Under the pieces are notes generated by a model. The model searched no databases, was not told the DNA's origin, and saw only the letters and a program-made list of their open reading frames with translations. Source: Minisyncoccota bacterium (GTDB taxonomy: Bacteria > Patescibacteriota > Minisyncoccia > Phycocordibacterales > UBA9973). Taken from it: 64,000 nucleotides of DNA. Of the stretch, positions 30,655-38,946 are shown piece after piece (position 1 is the first letter of the stretch; the number at the start of each line of letters is the position of its first letter). Location of the stretch: assembly GCA_041663005.1 (NCBI GenBank), contig JBAZRK010000001.1:157360-221359 (forward strand), written 5' to 3'. Position numbers and translations under genes: made by a program.

Positions 30655-30725
30655 GGGCGATTAGTTTAGTGGTAGAACAGCGGTCTCCAAAACCGCTGGC
30701 GGGGGTTCGATTCCCTCATCGCCCG
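30655..30725 (+). tRNA. tRNA-Trp(CCA)
   Basis: Acceptor gggcgat/atcgccc; gcggt-ctCCAaa-accgc; GGTTCGATT. Confidence 0.95.
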
Positions 30726-30763
30726 CAGTAGCCGATAAGCATCACTATTCTCACGACATATTT

Positions 30764-31273
30764 ATGAAAATTCTAAAAACAATTAAGGATATAGATTTTG
30801 GCTTTGAAGACTCGACTCCCCAAGTTTATATTGAGCGAGAAACTGCCCGCGGTATAATTTTTGACGATTCTAATAACGTAGCGCTTCTTTATTCTATAAA
30901 AAAAGACTACTACACTCTTCCTGGAGGAGGCATCGAGGAAGGAGAAAGTGTGATACAAGCATTACATCGGGAAATGATTGAGGAAATCGGTTGCAAAATT
31001 ACGGATATTAAAGAGGTCGGAAGCGTCGAAGAATATCGAAACAACGAAGCCTTGCATCAGATTTCCCACTGCTTTATTGCCAGATTGGCTGGTGACAAAG
31101 GAGAACCGCAACCCACTGAGGAAGAAATCCTGGAAGATTTCAACCCGGTATGGATGCCCATCGATGAAGCAATTAAAAAAATTGGAAGTAAAGAAAATGA
31201 AGGGTTTCGAAGAGGCAAATATATGGTGGCACGAAATCTAGTTTTTTTAAACGAAGCAAAAAAATATTTATGA
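30764..31273 (+). CDS. NUDIX hydrolase
   Basis: LPGGGIEEGESVIQALHREMIEEIG Nudix box. Confidence 0.92.
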   Translation: MKILKTIKDIDFGFEDSTPQVYIERETARGIIFDDSNNVALLYSIKKDYYTLPGGGIEEGESVIQALHREMIEEIGCKITDIKEVGSVEEYRNNEALHQISHCFIARLAGDKGEPQPTEEEILEDFNPVWMPIDEAIKKIGSKENEGFRRGKYMVARNLVFLNEAKKYL

Positions 31274-31659
31274 GAGAATTCGTAGAAGACTCACAAATAG
31301 TGGAAAAGAAGCTAAAAAAAGATTACCTCAAGAATTTTATTGTCCTTAAATATTCCTGGTTGGAGGAAACCCCGGCAGAAATTGCAGATGGTCTGCTTGG
31401 TAACTCACGAGCTTCGCTTTCTAAATATACGCCACAGTTTTTCGAGAAAGTTAAAGAGGGCGCGCTTCGAGGTGTTCTTGCTTTGGTAAAAATGAAAATA
31501 ATTAAAAACCCTGAAATAGAGAAACAGTGTGAGGAATTCATGCAGTTTGTTGAAGAGCTAAAGCGCGAGAAATTTTCGAAGAAAGAACTCGCCAGTCGTG
31601 AGGACATAGACAAGGCCAATAAATTTCTAGATCTCGCTATTGCACAATTAGAGAAATAA
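31270..31659 (+). CDS. Hypothetical protein
   Basis: ATGA overlap with the NUDIX stop; helical and charged; no motif recognised. Confidence 0.65.
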   Translation: MREFVEDSQIVEKKLKKDYLKNFIVLKYSWLEETPAEIADGLLGNSRASLSKYTPQFFEKVKEGALRGVLALVKMKIIKNPEIEKQCEEFMQFVEELKREKFSKKELASREDIDKANKFLDLAIAQLEK

Positions 31660-31998
31660 TCATTTCTTTTCGAAAGTTTGGAGAATGAAGTTGACCATGG
31701 CGAGGACTATGCCGAATACAAATGCCCACCAGAAGTTGACTATGGTAAATCCGGGCACTATGTAGCTTGCGAGGAGTACCAAGAGGGCATTAATCACGAG
31801 AGCGAAGAGCCCGAAGGTAAGGATAGTGAGTGGCAGAGTTAAGAGAATCAGAATCGGGCGAATAACGGTATTAATTGCGCCCAAAATTACAGCCAGAACA
31901 AAGGCTGCCCAGAATCCGCTTACAAATACACCAGGAAGAATGTAGGCGGTAATTAAGATTGCTAAAGTTGAGATTAAAAAGTGAATGATTGTTTTCAT
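31660..31998 (-). CDS. YvlD/phage holin family 4-like membrane protein
   Basis: Four TMs; IRPILILLTLPLTILTFGLFALVINA. Confidence 0.88.
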   Translation of the reverse strand: MKTIIHFLISTLAILITAYILPGVFVSGFWAAFVLAVILGAINTVIRPILILLTLPLTILTFGLFALVINALLVLLASYIVPGFTIVNFWWAFVFGIVLAMVNFILQTFEKK

Positions 31999-32024
31999 AA
32001 TCTTTTTATTATAACATAGTTTCT

Positions 32025-32699
32025 ATGGAAAAAAATTACAAATACCTGGGGGTGATAAGCGTATTCTTTGTTTCGGTTTTACTGATTTCGAACGTAGCGT
32101 CGACTAAGATTGTAGATTTGAAATGGTTTGTTTTCGACGGCGGGACGCTTCTTTTCCCCTTGTCTTACATTTTCGGCGACATACTGACCGAGGTATATGG
32201 TTACAAGAATTCTCGCAAGGTCATCTGGCTTGGATTCTTTATGGCCCTCTTGATGTCTTTGGTGTTCATAGTTGTCGGCAAATTACCGCCTGCGGCTGAT
32301 TGGACCAACCAGGAGGCATACGATAAAATCTTGGGCCTGACGCCAAGGATTGTGGCCGCAAGTCTGGTGGCGTATTTCTGTGGCTCATTCTCCAATTCGT
32401 TTATTATGGCAAAAATGAAAATCAGAACGGCAGGTGCGCGCTTGTGGGCCAGGACCATAGGATCAACTGTTGTCGGAGAGTTTGTAGACAGCGCCCTCTT
32501 TATCTTGATTGCATTTCTTGGAATACTGCCTTTGCCGCTACTTATAACTCTCATAATCTCTAACTATGTGTTCAAAACGGTGGTGGAGATATTGTTTACA
32601 CCCGTAACATATAAAGTTGTTTCTTTCTTGAAGCGCAAAGAAGGGGAGGACTACTACGACCGAGACACAAACTTCAACCCATTTAAATTAGAAGAGTAA
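32025..32699 (+). CDS. Queuosine precursor transporter (VUT/YhhQ family)
   Basis: SNVASTK, FPLSYIFGDILTEVYG, RTIGSTVVG..DS. Confidence 0.9.
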   Translation: MEKNYKYLGVISVFFVSVLLISNVASTKIVDLKWFVFDGGTLLFPLSYIFGDILTEVYGYKNSRKVIWLGFFMALLMSLVFIVVGKLPPAADWTNQEAYDKILGLTPRIVAASLVAYFCGSFSNSFIMAKMKIRTAGARLWARTIGSTVVGEFVDSALFILIAFLGILPLPLLITLIISNYVFKTVVEILFTPVTYKVVSFLKRKEGEDYYDRDTNFNPFKLEE

Positions 32700-33524
32700 T
32701 TTCGGGTCAATTTCCTTCGAGGCATCGAGCCATTTTATTCGTTTGTCTCTTTTAAACCAGGTCATCTGACGTCTGGCATATTTAATATTTTCCTGAACAA
32801 CTTTTTCTATGGTTGGCTCGTTGTATTCAAACCCGAATTCCCTAAGGCGTTTATTAGAGACGCCGGACTTTTTAAGTTTAGTTATCTCATCTAAAAGACC
32901 ACTAGCAAACATTTTCTTCATTCGTTTTTCGATTCTAAGCCTTAGCTTGTCGGGCGGGAGATATAAACCGATTTTAATAAACTTGTATGGGGGCGGTTTA
33001 GTTCTCAGAACTGGCACTTTGCCAAGATATTTCGCAACCTCGATGGCTCTAATTATTCTCACTTTATTTTTCACATCAATGCTTTTAGCTCGCTTCGGGT
33101 CAATTTTATTAAGTAGATTAAATAAAGTTTCGAGAGATTTTCCTTCGAGTAATTTCCTGAGAGCTTTGTTCGGTGGTACTTCTGGAAAAATCGTGCCTAG
33201 GGTTATGGCGTCAACGTAGAATCCGGTACCACCACATACAATAGGCGTCTTGCCCCTTTCAATGATGTCCTTGATAGCCACAAGGGCGAGTTTCTGATAC
33301 TCCGCAACACTAAAGCGGCGTTTCGGGCTTACGATATCAAGTAGGTGGTGAGGAACACCACGCATTTCTTTTTTAGTAATTTTGCCGCTGCCGATATCTA
33401 AACCTTCGTAAATTTGTCTTGAGTCGGCGGAAACAATTTCGCCATTTATTTCCTTGGCAAGCGAAACTGCCAGGGCGCTTTTACCCGTAGCAGTTTGTCC
33501 TAGGATGACGTAAACTTTTTTCAT
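32688..33524 (-). CDS. miaA: tRNA dimethylallyltransferase
   Basis: GQTATGKS, ADSRQIY, PHHLLD, GGTGFY, YARRQMTWF. Confidence 0.96.
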   Translation of the reverse strand: MKKVYVILGQTATGKSALAVSLAKEINGEIVSADSRQIYEGLDIGSGKITKKEMRGVPHHLLDIVSPKRRFSVAEYQKLALVAIKDIIERGKTPIVCGGTGFYVDAITLGTIFPEVPPNKALRKLLEGKSLETLFNLLNKIDPKRAKSIDVKNKVRIIRAIEVAKYLGKVPVLRTKPPPYKFIKIGLYLPPDKLRLRIEKRMKKMFASGLLDEITKLKKSGVSNKRLREFGFEYNEPTIEKVVQENIKYARRQMTWFKRDKRIKWLDASKEIDPKLLF

Positions 33525-33525
33525 T

Positions 33526-35034
33526 TTATTTTAGAATTTTAATATCGGCGCCAATCGAATTTAACCTTCGAGCGATATCTTCATAGCCTCGGCTAATCAT
33601 ATAAACATTTCGCAAGATGGAAGTGCCTTCCGCGGCGAGCATTGCAATGAGGATTACCATCGAAGGGCGGAGAGCCGGAGGGCAGACGACTTGTGCAGCG
33701 CGGAGCTTCGTCCCGCCGTTTATGTATACTCGATGAGGGTCAGCGAGGGATATGTCTGCGCCCAGGCGGTTCAACTCGGTGAAATATATGGCGCGGTTTT
33801 CGTAAACCCAGTCGTGAATCATAGTTTGCCCGCGAGCTTTGATGGCAATAGGCACGAAGAAAGGTAAGTTATCTATGTTTATGCCCGGGTAAGGGTTTGA
33901 GTGGATTTTATCCTCAAGGGCTACTAAGTTACCTGGGAAAATTTCAATATCCGCCAACTTAGTACGTCCGTTGTAAGAGAAATATTTTTTCAAGATTTTA
34001 AATTTTAAATTCATTCGTCTCAATTTCTCAAGTTCCAGAGAAAGGAAATCAATAGGGCAGCGGGTCACTGTGAGCTTCGACTCGGTAATAATACAAGCGG
34101 AGATAAACATCATTGATTCTATCGGGTCCTCACTATTCCAGTATTCCACATCTTTATTTATTTCTTTGACGCCGTGCACGGTTAGGGTCGAAGTGCCGAT
34201 ACCGTCAATTTTAACCCCAAGGGCTTCTAAGAAGAAACAAATTTCCTGGACCATATAATTCGCACTGGCAAAAGAAATTGTCGAAGTTCCCTCGATTAGA
34301 GCCGCAGCAGTTAGAGCATTCTCGCAAGCAGTATCGCCTGACTCGTACATAACTATCTCCACGCTTTTTAATTTAAGGGCAGCAATCTCATACCGGGAAG
34401 TTGTTGTTTTTATTTTCACGCCGAATTTTTCCAAAGCATACGTATGCGCGGCAATCGTACGACGTCCTAGGCGGCAGCCCTGCGCGTGGGGAAGTGAGAA
34501 GGATTTTAAGTAATGAATAATAGGCCCCATTAACATAACGATAGATCGAGTTTTAATCGCAGACTCGACATTAATGTCCTCGAGTTTAAATTTCTTCGGC
34601 GGCACAATCTTAACCGAGTTAGGACCAATCCAGCTTACCTTTACCCCGATACTTTGAAGTATTTCGATGACTCTATAAGTTTCCTCAATGCGAGCCATGC
34701 CATGGAGAGTAGTGATGCCCTTGTTAAGCAGGGAAGCGCAAAGAAGCCCAACAGAACCATTCTTCGAGAAATTGGTTTTGATGCTGCCGTGCAGTTTCTT
34801 GCTCCCGACTACTTCAAAGTCGATTGAATCACTGATGGAGATTATGCGATGTTCAAGTACCTCACTGATTTTCATCAGAAGTTCTGTCGAGAAATTTTGC
34901 TCTCCTTTTTCCATTCTAGCCACTGCACTTTGGGAAGTGGAAAGCGCCTTCGCGAAATCGCCTTGAGTGAAACCTTTCTGCTCTCTTAGGTTCTTAATGA
35001 AGGCACCTATTTGCTTCGGCTGGGTATTTTTCAT
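33526..35034 (-). CDS. murA: UDP-GlcNAc 1-carboxyvinyltransferase with N-terminal XRE HTH domain
   Basis: LREQKGFTQ..FAKALSTSQSAVARMEKG HTH; then SKN, GCRLGRR (active Cys), PYPG..D, YENR, RGYE; likely start ATG 35034. Confidence 0.92.
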   Translation of the reverse strand: MKNTQPKQIGAFIKNLREQKGFTQGDFAKALSTSQSAVARMEKGEQNFSTELLMKISEVLEHRIISISDSIDFEVVGSKKLHGSIKTNFSKNGSVGLLCASLLNKGITTLHGMARIEETYRVIEILQSIGVKVSWIGPNSVKIVPPKKFKLEDINVESAIKTRSIVMLMGPIIHYLKSFSLPHAQGCRLGRRTIAAHTYALEKFGVKIKTTTSRYEIAALKLKSVEIVMYESGDTACENALTAAALIEGTSTISFASANYMVQEICFFLEALGVKIDGIGTSTLTVHGVKEINKDVEYWNSEDPIESMMFISACIITESKLTVTRCPIDFLSLELEKLRRMNLKFKILKKYFSYNGRTKLADIEIFPGNLVALEDKIHSNPYPGINIDNLPFFVPIAIKARGQTMIHDWVYENRAIYFTELNRLGADISLADPHRVYINGGTKLRAAQVVCPPALRPSMVILIAMLAAEGTSILRNVYMISRGYEDIARRLNSIGADIKILK

Positions 35035-35040
35035 CTCAAA

Positions 35041-35069
35041 AGAATATATCATATATGATATATTGTAAA
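35041..35069 (-). promoter_or_regulatory. murA promoter with overlapping 22-bp palindromic operator candidate
   Basis: Minus strand TTTACA-N17-TATTCT-N6-ATG; perfect palindrome aatatatcata|tatgatatatt at 35043-35064. Confidence 0.7.
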
Positions 35070-35092
35070 GAGGCGCTCTTGTGGATAACTCC

Positions 35093-35179
35093 TGGTGCCC
35101 GGGGAGAGAATCGAACTCTCATGATGTTGCCATCAATAGATTTTGAGTCTATCGCGTCTACCAATTCCGCCACCCGGGC
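35093..35179 (-). tRNA. tRNA-Leu(CAA)
   Basis: Reverse complement gcccggg...ataga-ctCAAaa-tctat, long variable arm, encoded CCA. Confidence 0.95.
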
Positions 35180-35267
35180 AGCTCTCACATTCTACACAAA
35201 GTATGCACCAAAATCAATTTGGAGATACGTATCCTAAATGTTATATTTATAGTATTCATTTAACTTA

Positions 35268-36053
35268 ATGACCAAAATAATTATTCCGAAAAAACCGAAT
35301 TTAGTTATAATTCACTCCTTCCCCACCAACAGTGTAATTCTCAAGGGGTTTTACGATTTCTTGTCAGAGTTTTTCAATGTTTATCCTATAGACCTTCCTG
35401 GATTTTTAAAAAAGATTAAGCCCCTGAAGACTATAAATTTTTCAAATTATGCACGTTATGTTGAACGAGAAATCAAAAAATTAGATTTGGAAAATTATTG
35501 GATTGGTGGAGTGTCCTTCGGGTTCGCTGTGGTTAATTTGATTAAAGACCATAAAAAGTGTAGGGGAGTTTTCGCTATTGAGCCATATTTAGGGAGTGAA
35601 AACCTGAACATTCCTCTATATAAAAGACTTCTATTCCTCTTGATAATTAGAACTGTAGGGGCCTTCAATGCATTTTATAAAGTTTGGCATAGCGCTTTTA
35701 TCCAGCAATACCTACTATTTGGCAGTAGCGCTAGGTTCGATAAAAAAATCAAATCACTTCTTGATGAGATGGACGCAAGGACCTTTTTTCAGACAGCCAA
35801 GCTCCTCTTGCACAATAGAGCTGTTGATTGTGTATTTTTACCAAGGCCATATGTATTGGTAATAAACAAGGAAGACGGTTCTATTCGTGCCGACAAGATT
35901 ATCAGTCGTTTTGCAAACGAAGTCGATGACCTGGTAATAATTCATACTTCTGCGGAGCATTATCCGAAAACTATAACAGAAGAATATTTCAGGAAGAGAA
36001 TTAAGCCCGAAGAAGTCACTAAAATTTTAGATTTCGTAAATAAATTTCAATAA
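35268..36053 (+). CDS. Alpha/beta-hydrolase fold protein
   Basis: IIHSFPT, IDLPGF, GVSFG nucleophile elbow, late His. Confidence 0.7.
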   Translation: MTKIIIPKKPNLVIIHSFPTNSVILKGFYDFLSEFFNVYPIDLPGFLKKIKPLKTINFSNYARYVEREIKKLDLENYWIGGVSFGFAVVNLIKDHKKCRGVFAIEPYLGSENLNIPLYKRLLFLLIIRTVGAFNAFYKVWHSAFIQQYLLFGSSARFDKKIKSLLDEMDARTFFQTAKLLLHNRAVDCVFLPRPYVLVINKEDGSIRADKIISRFANEVDDLVIIHTSAEHYPKTITEEYFRKRIKPEEVTKILDFVNKFQ

Positions 36054-36430
36054 TGGAGAAAAGAATTGGTAAATTTGTTGTTACGGGAACCTTCGGCACA
36101 GTACTTGGAATGGGGCTCCTTTTGTTTTTCGTTGAAATTTTGGGTTTTTCGGTGATTTTTTCAAATTCCCTTTCTTACTGTTTTGTTTTTATTGTGAGCT
36201 TCCTTATTCATAAAATGTGGACCTTCGAAAGCAGGAATTCTAAATTCGGAAAACAATTTTTCACCTACCTTGTGGTTAGCTTAATTGGCTTAGCCATGAG
36301 CAACACACTATTATTTATCCTGATTAATCACGGAATCTGGTATATCTATGCTAAAATTATTGCCATTTTCATTATAGGTTTTTGGAGTTTTTCAATCAAT
36401 AATTTTTTCACCTTCAAACATAAATGGTAA
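36053..36430 (+). CDS. GtrA family membrane protein
   Basis: KFVVTG, four TMs, HKMWTF, NNFFTF. Confidence 0.85.
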   Translation: MEKRIGKFVVTGTFGTVLGMGLLLFFVEILGFSVIFSNSLSYCFVFIVSFLIHKMWTFESRNSKFGKQFFTYLVVSLIGLAMSNTLLFILINHGIWYIYAKIIAIFIIGFWSFSINNFFTFKHKW

Positions 36431-36468
36431 CGTTTTTCGAAATGATTTATGTATGTTAAGATAAGTTT

Positions 36469-37446
36469 ATGTCCAACGTTTATTCAAATTCAATATTTTG
36501 GATTGAAACCGAAAAAATCAAACCGAATCCCTACCAACCGAGGCGAGATTTCGACGAGCTAAGGCTGCAAGATTTGGCTGACTCCATCAAGCAATACGGC
36601 GTCCTACAGCCGCTCACTGTTTCGAGGGTTGAAGTTGAGAAAGAAGGTGGTGGTCTCACCACTGAGTATGAACTCATTGCCGGCGAGCGTAGGCTCCGCG
36701 CTGCGCGTCTCGCAGGGGTCGCTCAAGTGCCGGCAATAATCCGCACTGGCGATACCGCTATAATGAAACTTGAGCTCGCCATTATTGAGAATCTTCAGCG
36801 TGAAGATTTGAACGCCGTGGACAAAGCTCGAGCATTTGAGCGACTAGCGACAGAGTTTAAATTCTCACACGGCCAGATTGCTAAGAAGTTAGGTAAGAGC
36901 CGAGAGTCTGTTTCCAACACGCTTAGAATCTTATCTTTGCCTACGGAAATGCTCGACGCCATATCTCAAGGCAAGATGACTGAAGGACACTCCAGGCCAC
37001 TACTTATGCTCTCAGACCACACGGAAGAGCAAGGGGTTTTGTTTAAGGAAATAATTTATAAAAAAATCACAGTGCGCGAGGCCGAGAAGTTGGCTCGTAA
37101 AATAGCCTTTGATCGAGTTCGTAAGAAGGAGTTTATGCCTGATCCTGAAATAAGTGAACTAGAGGAAGAATTTCAAGACAAGCTTGGAACCAGAGTTCAC
37201 ATAGAGCGTAAGGAGCTTGGTGGCCAAATCAAAATTGATTTCTTCTCAACAGAGGATTTGCGCACTATTCTAGATCTAATACAGAGAGGAGAAGCCGACA
37301 AGACTCCTATCGACCTCCTAAATAAGCATATCGCCGGTATCGAGGCTGAAGCAACAGAAGCAGCGACACCCGTGGATGATCGCACCAAGGAGGAAAAACA
37401 ATCTGACGACACGGACCTATACAATATAACCAATTTCAGCGTCTAA
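36469..37446 (+). CDS. parB: ParB/Spo0J partition protein
   Basis: PNPYQPRR, GVLQP, IAGERRLRA, IENLQREDL, HTH. Confidence 0.94.
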   Translation: MSNVYSNSIFWIETEKIKPNPYQPRRDFDELRLQDLADSIKQYGVLQPLTVSRVEVEKEGGGLTTEYELIAGERRLRAARLAGVAQVPAIIRTGDTAIMKLELAIIENLQREDLNAVDKARAFERLATEFKFSHGQIAKKLGKSRESVSNTLRILSLPTEMLDAISQGKMTEGHSRPLLMLSDHTEEQGVLFKEIIYKKITVREAEKLARKIAFDRVRKKEFMPDPEISELEEEFQDKLGTRVHIERKELGGQIKIDFFSTEDLRTILDLIQRGEADKTPIDLLNKHIAGIEAEATEAATPVDDRTKEEKQSDDTDLYNITNFSV

Positions 37447-38914
37447 CTTTGCTTGAAAGATTTAAGTTTCGCGAGGAGCGTATTTTTCTCAAGGTAGGAC
37501 CTGATATGTTTTTTCGCTATTGTTGTTTTCACTGACGCGAGCCATTTTGTGCTTGGATGAGAATCTTTTTTCACTGAAATCTCGACAATATCCCCATTCT
37601 TAAGAGGAGAGAAAAGTGTAACCATCTTGCCGTTTACTTTAGCGCTGGCGGCGTGGTCACCGATGTCAGAGTGGATAGAGTACGCGAAGTCAATCGGCGT
37701 TGATTCCTCAGGCATATCTATAACATCGCCCCGCGGGGTAAATACGAAAATACGATCGTTGAAGAAATCCATTTTCAAGTGGTCGATAAACTTCTCTGGC
37801 CTATCCGGAGTGGCATCGTTGTATTCTTTCAGTTCATCAATCCACTTTAATTTATTTTTATTCTTCTCAACTTTCTTATCAAATGATTCTTTGTAAGTAG
37901 AGTGCGCTGCAATACCGTAAGCAGCCTCGGCGTGCATTTCTTGTGTGCGAATCTGAATTTCGGCTACACCGCCCAAACCTGTGAAGATGGTTGTATGAAT
38001 TGACCTATAGCCGTTTGGTTTCGGTACGGATATATAGTCTTTAATGCGTCCCGGCAAAGGGTTCCATATTGCATGAACCAGTCCGAGTACACGATAGCAA
38101 TCCTCAACAGTGTCTACAACTACTCGGAGGGCAACGATGTCATAGATTTTATCGATATCATGATCATATTTAAGAAGTTTCTTGTATAGGCTGTATTTAT
38201 GCTTAATACGATAGTCGATTTCGATAAATTTAGTTTTATTCTTTCGCAGTTCCTTCCTAAGTCGTTCGCTCACTTCCTCGAGATATTTACGATAAGGCTC
38301 TCGGCGTTCCTTAAGTATTTCATCTACCTCTTTATATTCCTTGGGGTAAGCATATGGAAAAGCTGCATCTTCTATCTCGCCCTTGAGTTTACCCATACCG
38401 AGACGGTTCGCGAGTGGGGCGTACACCTCGATAGACTCAAGCGCAATGCGCTGACGCTTGTCCTCGCGCACGTGTTCCAAAGTAGTTAAATTATGCAACC
38501 GGTCGGCAAATTTAATGATAACCACGCGCAGGTCTTGCGCCATGGCAATAAAAAATTTACGCAAACTCTCTACGTGCCGTTCCGCGCCGCGATATTTAAG
38601 GGTCCCTAGTTTCGTAACTCCTTTAACTAAAAACAAAATATCATCGCCAAAATTCTTTTTTATTTCGGCTTCCGGAACTTTGGTGTCTTCTAGTACATCA
38701 TGTAGAAAACCCGCAGCCACTGTGTGCGTGTCCATTCGAAGTTTGGCTAGAATTTTACAGTGCCCAGTATATGCACGAAGTAAGGTTCACCCGAGAGGCG
38801 CTTTTGCCCGCTATGCGCTTGAAAAGAGAAATTGTAAGCTTTGCGTATAAGCTCAGCGTCCTTTTTACTCACAGGGCCTTGCATCAAGCTCAAAATTGTC
38901 TCCGCAGTCTCCAT
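37443..38914 (-). pseudogene. rel: RelA/SpoT (p)ppGpp synthetase/hydrolase (HD-SYNTH-TGS) split by a 1-nt frameshift near 38755
   Basis: Upstream 55-aa ORF 38914-38747 (AHSGQKRLSGEPYFVH) continues in the -1 frame as KILAKLRMDT...LHDVLEDT; KPNGYRSIHT, EIQIRT, VFTPRG. Confidence 0.85.
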
Positions 38915-38946
38915 AAAGGAGATTATACTTTAAACTCGCCAGATGT

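Noticed and set aside
31660-31998. Holin-family gene as evidence of a prophage
   Set aside because: The YvlD-like family is common on chromosomes; no integrase, endolysin or structural genes nearby.
31999-32024. preQ1 riboswitch upstream of the queuosine precursor transporter
   Set aside because: Only 26 nt of AT-rich divergent spacer, with no aptamer stem.
35055-35237. 60-aa ORF
   Set aside because: Antisense to tRNA-Leu(CAA).
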